A stretch of 64,000 nt of DNA from Spirochaetia bacterium (GCA_965198005.1 CBDAOI010000003.1:1024001-1088000), one strand, 5' to 3'; numbered from the stretch's first letter, positions 20,633-31,632 are shown. Numbers and translations: made by a program. The notes: generated by a model not told the origin, from the sequence alone.

Positions 20633-21130
20633 CTACGGAAGGATGGCCTCCATGACCGGCAGCATGACCGGGATCAGCACCGCCGCCGCTGCCATTACCG
20701 CTACAATCCACCGGGTCTGTACCACAATCTCCTTGTGGACGACGGTGATCTCGTTGCGGAGACGCGCTTCTACGCCGGCGATCTCAGTTCGTACGCCGGC
20801 GATCTCAGTTCGTACGCCGGCGATCTCGTTGCTGAGTCGCGCCTCTACGCCGACGACCTCCTGACGTACGTCGGCGATCTCCTTGCCCAACCCGCCCCGT
20901 ACGTCGGCGATCTCCACACGTAATCCGGAGATCTCCTTGCGCGTCCGCTGTTCCGATTCCGCGACGTGACGGAGAAACCGTTCCTCCAGCAGTTGGAACA
21001 AATGCTCTTTCTGGACCTCGCGCCGCTCTTCCTGGTCATCTTCGAACTGGCGCAGCATCTCCACCAGGGACGCGGTCGCAACGTCCCCCAGGCGCTCCTG
21101 CAGTGGGCGTGGCACCGAAAGCACAGCCAT
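20633..21130 (-). CDS. Coiled-coil heptad-repeat protein with C-terminal membrane anchor (DUF1640/Bdr-like)
   Basis: EIA(G/D)V(R/E) repeats from 21-bp tandem units at 20771-20827; hydrophobic C-terminus. Confidence 0.7.
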   Translation of the reverse strand: MAVLSVPRPLQERLGDVATASLVEMLRQFEDDQEERREVQKEHLFQLLEERFLRHVAESEQRTRKEISGLRVEIADVRGGLGKEIADVRQEVVGVEARLSNEIAGVRTEIAGVRTEIAGVEARLRNEITVVHKEIVVQTRWIVAVMAAAAVLIPVMLPVMEAILP

Positions 21131-21160
21131 GGCTCGCGTCGATCCTACCCCGAGCGTCGG

Positions 21161-21296
21161 TCAGCGTCCACTGCGTCCGGCGCCTCCGGTGCGGCTGATG
21201 GGAGCATCGAGACGTTCTGGTCTTCCAGGATAGCGCTCCGGATAGTCTCCCGTCGGATCGTACTGCCAGTACTCCCGCTCCGCGCCCTCCGCCATG
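21161..21296 (-). pseudogene. Possible Uma2-family endonuclease fragment
   Basis: REYWQYDPTGDY motif only. Confidence 0.4.
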
Positions 21297-21300
21297 GTCG

Positions 21301-21969
21301 TCAGGCGCCCGCCGGGTTGAGGGTGGCGGTGGCGAACACGACGTGGAACGGTTTGCAGTAGATCACCACGCTGGCGTAAGCCGTGAGATCGGTGTCGGCC
21401 GGGATCTCGTAGTTCTGGTCGCCGACGTTGCCCTTGAGCGAGCCCAGGTCGAGGTAGTCGCCGAGGTCGTGGCGATTCGTGGGCTGGGGCGCGGCGGCCA
21501 GCAGGACGTGCAGGTCGGGGCCGTTGGTGGCATTGAACTCCTCGAAGCGCAGCACGTGGCCGATGCCGGGGATATCGTACAGCTTGGCCGTGCCGCTGCC
21601 CTTGTGGAACCGGTCGGCGTCCTGAAACTCGCCGCTGGCCAGCAGTTGCGGCGCGCCGGGCATCGGCTCGACCATCTGCTGGTCGGGCATCGCCGCCGCG
21701 AACCGCTCCACGTCCTTGCGGATGCGCTCCCGCACCCGTTCGGGCAACTCTTCCATCGCGTCCGGGGTGGGGAGGGCGTCCATGATATCGCGCTCCATGG
21801 CGTCCATCTCCGCCGCCGACATGCGTTTCATCTCCGCCGCTCTCGGCACCTCGACCGGAAACGCCTCGCTCACCGTCCGATTGATGAACAGCGGCGATGC
21901 CAGGTACCACCCCACGACCACCACAACCGCGGCCGCAACCGCTCCAACTACCAGTCCACGCCGATTCAT
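21301..21969 (-). CDS. DM13 domain protein
   Basis: WYLASPLF, SGEF, HKGSG, NGPDLHVLL, LKGNVGDQNYEIP, VVIYCKPFHVVF. Confidence 0.88.
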   Translation of the reverse strand: MNRRGLVVGAVAAAVVVVVGWYLASPLFINRTVSEAFPVEVPRAAEMKRMSAAEMDAMERDIMDALPTPDAMEELPERVRERIRKDVERFAAAMPDQQMVEPMPGAPQLLASGEFQDADRFHKGSGTAKLYDIPGIGHVLRFEEFNATNGPDLHVLLAAAPQPTNRHDLGDYLDLGSLKGNVGDQNYEIPADTDLTAYASVVIYCKPFHVVFATATLNPAGA

Positions 21970-22079
21970 GGGTGCAGTGTACTCTACTCGCGGCCAGGGA
22001 GTCCGCCGCCGGTGGGCGCCCCGGCCGCCGCCTGCGCCTGCCCGTGCCATGTCACCGGCACGCACCCGAAGGAGGTTGC

Positions 22080-22775
22080 CGGCTCGGGCAGGTGGGCATC
22101 CCGCTCCTGCAGTACAACTGGGTGATCGGGGCGGGCGCCGGGTTCTCCAACTGGCGCACCTCGGAAACCACGCCGGGGCGCGGCGGCGCGCTGCTGTCGA
22201 GCTTCGACTACGAGCAGGTCAGGATGCGCCGCTCACCGCGTTCGGGCGGATCGGGGAACGGGAGATGTGGGACAACCTGGCCTATTTCCTGCGGGCGGTG
22301 ATCCCGGTGGCGGAAGCGGTCGGCGTGCGCATGGTGGTGCATCCGGCGGATCCGCAGGTGCCCAGCCTGGCCGGCATCGCGCGCATCCTGCGCAGCTCGG
22401 CCGACTACGACCGGCTGTTCGACCTGGTGCCGAGCGCCCACAACGCGATGGTGTTCTGTCTGGGCTGTTTCGCGCAGATGCTCGACAGCGACGGCGTCTA
22501 CGACGCGATTCGCCACTTCGGCGGGTGCGGCCGGATCGGCTACGTCCACTTCCGTAACGTGACCGGGACGCTCGAGCGGTTCACCGAGGTGTATCCCGAC
22601 GAAGGCAAGCTCGACATGGCCGCGGTGATGCGCATCTTCGACCAGCTCGGGTACGACGGCCACGTCATCCCCGACCACACGCCGCACGGGACCGGCGATT
22701 CGGCCATGGGCCACCGGGGGTTCGCGTTCGAGATCGGCTACATGAGGGGCCTCATGCAGGCGGTGGCGTCGCATG
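22080..22775 (+). pseudogene. uxuA: Mannonate dehydratase-like fragment (5' part missing, frameshift near 22222)
   Basis: YNW...RT...GRGGA, MWDNLAYFL, HPADP, VHFRNV, PDH. Confidence 0.75.
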
Positions 22776-22779
22776 AACC

Positions 22780-23090
22780 AGACATGATGGCGACCGAGCA
22801 GCGCGCCTATACCGAGATGGACCGCGAGAACATCATGCGGGCGCTGGGCCTCGACCAGCCGCTGCACGTCCAGTACCTGCGCTGGATCGGCGACCTGGTG
22901 CTGCGCGGCGATCTGGGCACCTCCCTGTGGTCGAGCGAAAAGTGTCGGCCGAAATCATGCGCCGGATCCCGGTAACCGTGGAGCTGGTGCTGCTCGCGAC
23001 CATCCTGACCACCCTGGTGGCGATCCCGATCGGGGTGTACTCGGCGATCCGGCAGGATACGCTCGGCGACCATTGCGCGCGGGTCGCCGC
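22780..23090 (+). pseudogene. OppB/DppB internal fragment
   Basis: LGLDQPLHVQYLRW...GDLGTSL...IPVTVEL...GVYSAIRQDT. Confidence 0.8.
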
Positions 23091-23094
23091 CACC

Positions 23095-23690
23095 CGCCCT
23101 GCGCACCGGCAAGGCCGACGCCATGTTCTCGGTGCCGTGGGAATCGCGCGCCAGCCTGGAACGCACCAGTCCCGATCTCAACCAGTGGGAGTTCGACAAC
23201 TGGGGCAGCTTCATGATCGGGATGCGCAACGATACGGCGCCGTACGACGACCTCCGCGTGCGGCAGGCGCTGGCTGCGGCGATCGACATGCGGACCATCA
23301 TCGACAACGTGTTCGGCGGCAGCGGCGTCATGCTCAACCAGCCGTTCCCGGCGGTCTGGCCGGAGACCTTCTACACGCCGCTCGACCAGTTGAACGCGGA
23401 CACCCAGCGGGCCTACTCCTACGACCCGGACTGGGCGCGTGAGCTGCTGGCCGAGGCGGGGTATCCGGACGGCTTCGAGACCGAGATCATCCTCCCGCCC
23501 TCGGGCCGCGCGGTGGACCTGTTCTCGCTGATCGCGAGCTACTGGGCGGAAATCGGCGTTACGCTGGAGCTCCAGCCGACCGACGAGGCGACCATCCGCA
23601 ACCTCGAACGGACGCGGGGGCACACGCACATGATCTCCTACGAGGGCAGCTCGCCCCATCCGGGCGAGGCGATCTGGGCCAGTTGGGGCC
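23095..23690 (+). pseudogene. Family-5 SBP internal fragment
   Basis: ALRTGKAD...DLRVRQALAAAID...YDPDWARELLAEAGYPDGF. Confidence 0.8.
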
Positions 23691-23993
23691 GGCGTGATCC
23701 GGCTCACCCGGGCCCTGGCCGCGGACAACATCAACGTCAACTGCATCTGCCCCGGGGTGGTGTACGGCGCGACGTGGGAATGGCTGGCGGCAAAGAAGAT
23801 GCAGTACGATCCCGCGACCGCGGGCATGGACCCGAAGGACTACTTCGACCGCTACGTCGGCTCCGCCGGGCCGCTCCAACGCCCGCAGGACCCCGAGGAC
23901 GTGGGCAACGCCGTGGTGTTCCTGGCCTCGGAAGCGGCCCGCAACATCACCGGCCAGGCGCTGAACGTCAACGGCGGCCGGCTCATGCTGTAG
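23691..23993 (+). pseudogene. SDR oxidoreductase C-terminal fragment
   Basis: NINVNCICPG...PEDVGNAVVFLAS...ITGQALNVNGG. Confidence 0.8.
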
Positions 23994-24016
23994 GCACGCC
24001 GGCGAAGTGCGACTGA

Positions 24017-24045
24017 TTGACGACCTTCAGGTGGGGCGATATACT
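24017..24045 (+). promoter_or_regulatory. Strong sigma70-type promoter
   Basis: TTGACG-17-TATACT. Confidence 0.7.
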
Positions 24046-24092
24046 CGATACCGTATCGGTTTCGGACGCGATGATCCTGACGGAGAACCACA

Positions 24093-24629
24093 ATGGCAGA
24101 CAAATACTTCGACGACTTCGTAAACAAGCAGTTGGAGCTAGCCAACACTAGTCCGTCAATCGACTGGACTGCGATGCGTGATGACTGGCTGAAACATCTG
24201 GATGAATTCTATGATTCGGTCAGGCAGTTTCTCGGAGACTACATCGATAAAGACAAAATACGTGTTAAGTGTACCCCAAAGCAGATCAGTGAAGAACACA
24301 TTGGTAGTTCTGAAGCGCAATCACTTGAGGTGCAGATTGGACCCGCAAGAATCGGCTTCGATCCCGTCGGCACAAATCTGATTGGGGCCAGAGGTCGTGT
24401 CGACATGCATGGACCGTATGGTTCGGTTAAATTTGTCTTCGTGCCGAAACAGAACCCCCAGAATCGAATATCCATCCAAGATGCGCCGCTCGAAGAACAC
24501 AGACGCGTGGATATGTCTGGTGAAGAATGGGCGTGGAAAATCTCGACACCGCCTCCAAGCATACGATACATCGAGCTTGAAGAGGAATCATTCCTTTCGG
24601 CGATTATGGAAGTCGCTAGTGCCTCGTAG
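24093..24629 (+). CDS. Hypothetical protein, lower GC
   Basis: 178-aa ORF with GGAG RBS and its own promoter; composition differs visibly from flanks. Confidence 0.75.
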   Translation: MADKYFDDFVNKQLELANTSPSIDWTAMRDDWLKHLDEFYDSVRQFLGDYIDKDKIRVKCTPKQISEEHIGSSEAQSLEVQIGPARIGFDPVGTNLIGARGRVDMHGPYGSVKFVFVPKQNPQNRISIQDAPLEEHRRVDMSGEEWAWKISTPPPSIRYIELEEESFLSAIMEVASAS

Positions 24630-24699
24630 GTTCACACGGATAGGGTTCTCTGGCAAACATCTCGAACTCGTAGATATCGACCGCTACTATAGAGGGCAG

Positions 24700-25320
24700 G
24701 TGGGCATACATCATCACGTCTCTGAACGGCGTATTGCCCAGGGAGTACTGGGAGGATGATTCGATCAACAAGGAAGACTGGCACAACCACATGGGCTCGG
24801 GACCGTTCTGGCCCACGGACGTCGTAGAAGGCAGTCACGTAACCTACGACAAGAACCCGAACTACTGGCAGACCGATCCGTTCCATCCCGAAAACCGCGT
24901 ATCCCGATGAGGCCGAAAAGCTCCTCGATGAAGCAGGCTACGCGCGCGGCGACGACGGCATTCGGTTCGAGACCAGCATCATTGCGGACCCCCAAGCCTC
25001 GGAGCATTACGAAGCATTCCTGGGTTACCTGGAGGATGTCGGCATTCGCGTCAATTCCGACATGATGCCGGATGGCTATACCGGCATCGGCGCACATGAT
25101 CACGGCGGTACCGGCGTCGGCGTGATGGCGGTCATGGTGTGGAACGCACCGTGGCGTCCGTACTACGCCTACGGCAGGGTCGACGGTACTCCGGAATCCG
25201 ACCAGCTGAAGGAGATCTGGGAAGCCGTCAACCTGACCATGGATCCTGACGAGCACGCCCGGCTGTGGCAGGATCTTCACCTGTTCTGGATGCGGCAGTT
25301 GTGGTTCGGACCGGAAGCGA
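24700..25320 (+). pseudogene. Fragmented family-5 SBP
   Basis: GSGPFW...KNPNYWQTDPFHPENR then EAEKLLDEAGYARGDDGIRF. Confidence 0.7.
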
Positions 25321-25747
25321 CTTGCGAACGATGTGCTCACGCATCATCATCTCCTCTTTGGACGGGACGGCGAACTGGCCGCCCCGTGAAACAGCGGCGT
25401 CCATCGCGGAAAGAGCGCACGCAGTCGAGTATCGTGCTCTTGGCGTCCCCTTCCTACGTCGATGACAGGTGGATCATGGTCAGTATAACTGATGACACAC
25501 GGGTCGTCTACATGACCTACCATGACGCCATGACATTGATGTCTTCGGATTACACCCATTGCGCACGGGGGGGCGTGTGTGACAGATGATTGGTATTCAT
25601 CGCGGCGGCACCGGCGCCGACCGCCGGCACCTCCTGCAGCCGGACGCGGAGGTAATTGGCGTTAAGCGACCTGCCCGATCCGCGGCTGAGACGTGGAGGC
25701 GGCGGTCTCGGTGCCTGCCGATACCGGCACTCGACCGGCGGGACGAG

Positions 25748-26478
25748 TCAGGCGCGGCGCGGGTGAACCTTGGCCACGGCGAGCAGCGACTCCACGCAGC
25801 CCCGCAGCGACTCGTCGAACGGGCGGAAGCGTACGCCGTCAGCACCGTGGCCAAGCTGGAGGTCACGACCACTCGGCCCACGGTCTCGAACCGGGCGATG
25901 CTGGCGATGGTGTGATCGCAGACCATGCGCACGCGTCGCAGCGCGTCAAGGTGTCAGCGCGTCGGGGTAGTACGTCCGGTGCGCGCGGCCTCGACCGCGT
26001 CCGTCACCTCGGCGCGCTTGGCGCTGCTCTCGGCTGCGTTGCGACCGCAGATCTGGCCACCGTCGATCACGATGTCCTGGCCGGTCACGAAGCTGGCGTC
26101 GTCGCTGGCCAGGTAGAGTGCGCCCTTGGCGATGTCGTCGGGGAAGCCGGAGCGGGTCAGGGCGACCCGGCGCTTCAGGACCTCGGCCAGGGCCGCCAGA
26201 CTGCGCTCGGTGGCCGCGGCATCGAGGCCGCCGCCCCAGAAGATCGGCGTCGCGATCGCGGCGAGATGCTGTTGACCCGGATGTTGCACGGGCCCAGCTC
26301 CACCGCCGCCACGCGCGTGGCCGCCACCACCGCCGCCTTGGCCGCGCTGTAGAGGATGGACCCGTGGCCGACGCGGTGGGCGGCGACGCTGGCGTTGTTG
26401 ACGATCGAGCCGCCGCCCCCGCGTTTCATGTGCGGGACGGTGTGCTTGATCGCCAGCAGCACGCTGTTGAACAGCAGC
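25748..26478 (-). repeat. Deleted, diverged duplicate of 30577-32247 (epimerase plus SDR)
   Basis: Three colinear blocks matching about 30577-30670, 31244-31339 and 31699-32247. Confidence 0.9.
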
Positions 26479-26653
26479 TCCGACGTTTCGGCTTCCGCGG
26501 CTTCCGCAGCAACCAGGAGGTTGCGGCCAAGTACTTCAGGGATGAAGCCGCCCCGGACTTGAGCACGGCTTGCAACGACCATCCTTCGTTGTTCGAGCGT
26601 TGGCGACACCACGGGCGTGTTCCGGACCGAGTGCCGGCCAGACCGATCCGCTG

Positions 26654-28906
26654 TTATGCCTCCACACGCCTCTCGGGTATCGTGGACGCCGGAAGGGCCT
26701 CTGTTTCGTCGAATCGCTTGCGAACGTCAGCAGCAACCTCGAGCATTTCGGCAGGCGCGCGCACCGTCTCGCCGTCACGCTGACGCAGGGCAATGGCTAG
26801 CGGTGCTACACTCGCGGTCTTCTGCGGATCGCTCCGTAGGACCTCGACGATCTCGCGCTCCGGAACGCCGGCGCTGACCAGCACGGCCACAGCCTCAATC
26901 AGCTCGGGTATCATCGTTTCGTTCTCAGGAGTAAAAGCGGCATACAACGAGCAAAACGCGTCAACGGCTGCCGTGCGCCTCCCTTGTGACAATATCGCAC
27001 ACATCCGGACGTACCGCGCTTTCCAGTCGAAAGATATACGGATGTCCTGGTCGACGGCCTGGCGCCGGCTCTCGAGTTGGTTTGCTGTCAGCAGAGCTTC
27101 GGCGGCGCGGTCAATCCTGACCTGCGTCATGCCCTTGTGAAACAGAGCCGTGGCAATTTGCACCCGCAACTCCGGCGTATCGCTTGATCCGAAACGATCG
27201 ACGATAGCATTACTGGTCTCGATCGACGTACTTGCGTCCCCCATCAATGCGTGAGAGGTACTCTTGTTGTTCATGGCCCGAGCCACCAATACGCGCGGCT
27301 CCGGATCGGCGCTGTGCCCGTAGTGCCTCATCACCGCTTCAGCGGCTGCAATCGCCTCAGGATGGCGGCCAAGCTTGCCCAACGAGGCGCTCTTCTGTAG
27401 TAGTGCACCTGCGACATGCACTTGAATGGCCGCCTCCTTGCAGGCACCAAAGCGCTCCACCACCTCTTCGGATGTCCTGATTGCAGCTTCGGGATTGCCG
27501 AGTCGATCTTGCATCGCGGCCTTATATGCTAACGATTGCGCGGCCCACGCCTGTAGCTCAGCCTCGTCACTCTCCCGGTAGCGCTGTTCGACGTTCTCGA
27601 AGGTCGTAATCGCCGCCGCAAACCAGCCAAGCTCCGCTTGCTCGACTCCCTTGTTGATCAATGTCCGAGCAACTCTGCTCTGGAAATCAAGTGCCTCCAG
27701 TTCCAGCGTGCCGAATAACTTGAGGATTTCCCTTTCGGTATAGAAGACCGCCATGAAGCGCACCAGATTCTGTACAACGGCCGCTTGGTCACGTTCTCGG
27801 CGCAATTGGTAGTAAATGCAGTATAGGGGTTCCGTCACTCTGTACAGCCGCTTCCTGCCACTCCCGTCCCAGATCACCGCGCCACGCTCGACGAGGCGCC
27901 CGAGCATGGTCGACACGGTACGTACGTCCATCCGCGCGCGCCCGGCGATCTCCCCCGTGCTCGACGACTGCCAGAGGTCAGCGATGGCCAGAAAAACGCG
28001 GCATTCGGTTTTGGGGAGAGCTTCCTGGTAGCCACGGAAGGTATCCGTGAGATCGTCGATCAGTTGCACCAACTCTTCCATCAACTGGCGCAGGGTACGA
28101 TGGCGCGCGAATCCGGCGACAATGACCACGAAACGGGGCGAGCCTCCGGTCAGAATTTCAAGCGCCCTCTGCTGGCGTTCGCTCGGCGCCTCACCGCTGA
28201 AGACCTTCCACAGGAGACCGCACTGCGCGGCATCCAACGGTGCGAGAGAGATGATTCTGAACAGTTCGAAAAACGGTTGCCGGGCGTCGTCCAGCCCCTC
28301 GAAGCGGCTGGTCGCGGTGGCGACCAGGATGATCTGCGGCTCCGTCTGCAGCGTCTTGCGCAGCTTCCAACCGAAATCCTCGTCCACGTTCGCGCACATC
28401 GCTTGCAGGTTTTCCACCATGAGGACGAGGCGTCTTCCAAGAGTGTCGGCCGCCTCCAGGACTGCGACTCTGGCACGTTCGTCGAGCTCTCGCTCGCGCC
28501 AACGGGTAGTGAGGTCGGCCCGCGTCTCCCGCAGGTTACGCGCGAGTTCTGAGTCCTGCTCGTCGACTGCCAGGGCCAGATAAAAAAGAACCTCCAGCCA
28601 GAAATCCGCGGCGCTGAACACCTCGTCGCTCTCCTCCATGAAGCGGACCGGCAGCAGGCGCGATGCAAGCTCTGAGTCGGCGCGCAGTTCGGCGGCGACG
28701 CGGGCCAGGAGCATGGTCTTCCCCCTGCCCCTGGGGGCGACGATCAGTGTGTGCTGGCAGGAGTCGGCATCGATGTTCTCGCGGAGAATCTCGAGCCCGG
28801 TGGCGAGTTCATGCTCTCTAACGACGAACTGCTCCCTTATCTCTTCGTCAGACTGGAGCATTCCGGGATTGCGCTTGCGAATGGTCGGCCCCTGCGATGC
28901 GCTCAT
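26654..28906 (-). CDS. STAND-like P-loop ATPase with winged HTH and TPR repeats
   Basis: APRGRGKT Walker A, LMVENL, LTGGSPR, STGEIAGRARMDVRTVSTMLGRL, repeated A.AL.NK...LG...AI units. Confidence 0.8.
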   Translation of the reverse strand: MSASQGPTIRKRNPGMLQSDEEIREQFVVREHELATGLEILRENIDADSCQHTLIVAPRGRGKTMLLARVAAELRADSELASRLLPVRFMEESDEVFSAADFWLEVLFYLALAVDEQDSELARNLRETRADLTTRWRERELDERARVAVLEAADTLGRRLVLMVENLQAMCANVDEDFGWKLRKTLQTEPQIILVATATSRFEGLDDARQPFFELFRIISLAPLDAAQCGLLWKVFSGEAPSERQQRALEILTGGSPRFVVIVAGFARHRTLRQLMEELVQLIDDLTDTFRGYQEALPKTECRVFLAIADLWQSSSTGEIAGRARMDVRTVSTMLGRLVERGAVIWDGSGRKRLYRVTEPLYCIYYQLRRERDQAAVVQNLVRFMAVFYTEREILKLFGTLELEALDFQSRVARTLINKGVEQAELGWFAAAITTFENVEQRYRESDEAELQAWAAQSLAYKAAMQDRLGNPEAAIRTSEEVVERFGACKEAAIQVHVAGALLQKSASLGKLGRHPEAIAAAEAVMRHYGHSADPEPRVLVARAMNNKSTSHALMGDASTSIETSNAIVDRFGSSDTPELRVQIATALFHKGMTQVRIDRAAEALLTANQLESRRQAVDQDIRISFDWKARYVRMCAILSQGRRTAAVDAFCSLYAAFTPENETMIPELIEAVAVLVSAGVPEREIVEVLRSDPQKTASVAPLAIALRQRDGETVRAPAEMLEVAADVRKRFDETEALPASTIPERRVEA

Positions 28907-30152
28907 AGAACCGGCCCCCCCGCGGCACCCCGCGAGCGGTTGGCAATAGGAACGTGGTGATTGCGGAAGCGCGCCGCCCACCAGTCCTTCAGCAGGTGCA
29001 ACCGGAAGCGATAGGTACCGTCGCGTACTTCGAGATAGCCGTCGTGTTCCAGTACGTCCAGGACCTCGGTAATGCGGCCGTGTGCGTCGGACATCACACG
29101 CGAGTAGAGCGCGCCGAGACGGGTGCGGGTGCCAGGCGTGAACGCTCCTTGCGTGGCGGCCTCCGCAAGTATCTCCATGGCGATGGAGCGGCTTCCCTCG
29201 TCGAGTCCGTCTCGGAGCCGGGTCTCGTAGTGGGCGAGGTCGTTCTGGCCGGAGGGGCCGAGCAGCCCGGTGCGGTAGACCCTGTCGACGTCGGCCACGG
29301 TCACGCGGTCGCGGTTCTCCATCACGGAAGAATCGCGCAACCTTGCGAAGAACGACTGTACGTGATGCGGGATACCGATTCCGAGCGCATCGTATACCGC
29401 CGCGGCGACGCCATCCTCTACCGACAGTGAGGCGCTGTTCGCGAGCTGGTCGAAACAAGCCACACTCGCTTCGCGATTCCACGGGCCCAGACGAAAGGGC
29501 TCAAGGTAGTTGATACGATCAGGGATTCCGAGCCGCTGCACCAGCGGCATGAGTCCGATGCTGCCGGACACGATGAGGGTCGGGGAGTCACCGCCAAGAC
29601 GCTGAAACACGCCGCGCAGCCAGCTCAGGAACGCCTCGACCCGGGTAGCGCCATCCTCCGCGCGCAGCATCCGCTTGAGAAAGATCGGGAGTTCGTCGAT
29701 CACCAGAAGAACCCGCCTGTCGTGTTCCGCGCAGCTTTGGAGCAGCCGCTCGCCGTGGTCTCGCCAGTTTCCGGGGTCCAATCCAGCACGGATCTTCAAG
29801 CGAAAGCCGCTCACGCCGATCTCCTCGACGACTCCGAATGCGCGTGCGCTACACTCGCGATACCGCCGAGTCGCGACACGACTGGACGAACCGGGTAGGC
29901 AGCCCGCGCGATGTCGGCGATCACGTCCTCAGGGCAGGTCGCGTCCTCGACATCGGTGAAGAGCGTGACCCATCCGCCGGACCGCGTGAGCCGTCGGCCG
30001 AGTTCCCGCGTGATGCTGGTCTTGCCCATGCGCCGCTGGCCGGTCAGCAGCACGTGGTTGCCGTCGCGTACCCGTCTTTCCAGAATGCGAAGCTCAGGTG
30101 TGCGGTCGAAGAAGTCGTCGCCGCTGACCCAGCCGCCGGTCGCCGATCTCAT
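28903..30152 (-). pseudogene. AAA/STAND-like ATPase, frameshift near 29850
   Basis: FFDR..EL, GQRRMGKTS in one frame; LLVIDELP, VSGSIGL, IPHHVQ, LLKDWW in another. Confidence 0.8.
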
Positions 30153-30194
30153 GTAGAAGCCCCCGTTCGAGTGAGTTGCCGAACAATACACATA

Positions 30195-30238
30195 CAACCC
30201 GAATGGTGTCAACGGAAATGTTGACACCATTCTCGTTG
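30195..30238. promoter_or_regulatory. 13-bp perfect inverted repeat overlapping the ATPase-operon promoter
   Basis: gaatggtgtcaac-ggaaat-gttgacaccattc; minus strand TTGACA-18-TATTGT. Confidence 0.7.
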
Positions 30239-30576
30239 ACGTGGTCGCGAATGACGCACGGAGCGCGGTACCGGCACGAGACCGCGCATGGCGCGCAGGT
30301 ATGGCGCCCCCAGTATGGACGCTGGATATCAGGCGTCGTTCAAGGTGACCTCGGGGAGTCCCTGATCACCGGCTTAGCGGTCGCCGACACTCCTCGGCGA
30401 GCTCCTCTGGCGGATAGTCGACCGCGGATACACCTGCGTCACCGAGCAGAGCGATGAATTCCTCTGCGTGCATCGCGGCCAGTCTTGCGGCTTGAACCAG
30501 GGTCAGGTGGCGCAATCCATTCGCAGCTCCGTGTGTGCCCGCGAAGCACCCACGAGGTGGTCATGGCACGCCGCTA

Positions 30577-31632
30577 TCAGGCGCGGCGCGGGTGAACCTT
30601 GGCCACGGCGAGCAGCGACTCCACGCAGTCCCGCAGCGACTCGTCGAACGGGCGGAAGCGTACGCCGGTCACCGCGCGGATGCGGTCGTTGCGCAGGTCG
30701 CAGCGGGCCCAGATCGCCCGCAGCTCCGCCTCCCGCGCCTTGATTTCCGCGGGGTGCCGGTCGTCGAGCACCGGTTCGGCGAGCCCGAGTTCGGGCAGCA
30801 GGTCGCGTATGCGGCGGCTGATCGCCTCGACGTTGTGGCACTCCGCCGACCACGCGAGGTAGCGTTCGCCGCTGCGTACCTGCAGGCTCTCGAGCAGGCG
30901 GACGTGGCACTCGGCGTCGTCGCGCACGTCGACCGGCATCCACGGCCGATAGGATCCGCTCTGCGGATACTTGCCGAGCAGCATCAGCTCGACGTGGTGC
31001 TGCCACGGCCCCATGTCCTTCTGGTGCGCGGACTGGATCGGCCCCATGTTGTCGGAGGGCAGGCACGCGATCGCCTCCCAGCGGCCGCTACGCGCCGCGG
31101 CCTGCGCGAAGGAGCGCTCGGCGATCAGCTTGCCCATCGCGTAGCCGTGCCGCCCCGGATCATCCCAGTCCGGGTGGGTCTCGTTGGGATAGCGGTCCTC
31201 GTAGAGCACCGGCCGGCGCGCCCGCTCCTCGGGAGCCGCCTCGGTCAGCACCGTGGCCAGGCTGGAGGTCACGACCACCCGGCCCACGGTCTCGGATCGG
31301 TCGATGCTGGCGATGGTGTGATCGCAGACCATGCGCACGTAGTCCAGGTCGTGGTACCGGCTGACGTGCGACACGTGGCACACGCCGTGGCAGCCGGCGA
31401 ACGGTTGGTCGAAGCAGCCGGGGCGGTCCAGGTCGGCGCTGTGGATGGTGAGCCTGCCGGAGGCATGGCCCGGCAGCCGGCGCAGGAACGCGGTGCGCTC
31501 GTCGTCTTCGGCGTCGCGCACGCAGGCGCGCACGCGGTATCCCTTGTCCAGCAGGCGGCGCACCACCCAGCCGCCGATGAATCCGGCGCTGCCGGTCACG
31601 GCAACGGTTCCACCCCTCGGTATCGCACTCAT
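30577..31632 (-). CDS. NAD-dependent epimerase/dehydratase (dihydroflavonol reductase-like)
   Basis: VTGSAGFIG, TSS, YAMGK, VDVRDDAECH. Confidence 0.88.
   Translation of the reverse strand: MSAIPRGGTVAVTGSAGFIGGWVVRRLLDKGYRVRACVRDAEDDERTAFLRRLPGHASGRLTIHSADLDRPGCFDQPFAGCHGVCHVSHVSRYHDLDYVRMVCDHTIASIDRSETVGRVVVTSSLATVLTEAAPEERARRPVLYEDRYPNETHPDWDDPGRHGYAMGKLIAERSFAQAAARSGRWEAIACLPSDNMGPIQSAHQKDMGPWQHHVELMLLGKYPQSGSYRPWMPVDVRDDAECHVRLLESLQVRSGERYLAWSAECHNVEAISRRIRDLLPELGLAEPVLDDRHPAEIKAREAELRAIWARCDLRNDRIRAVTGVRFRPFDESLRDCVESLLAVAKVHPRRA

Noticed and set aside
20771-20910. Regularly spaced repeats resembling a CRISPR array
   Set aside because: In-frame coding heptad repeats with no unique spacers and no cas genes
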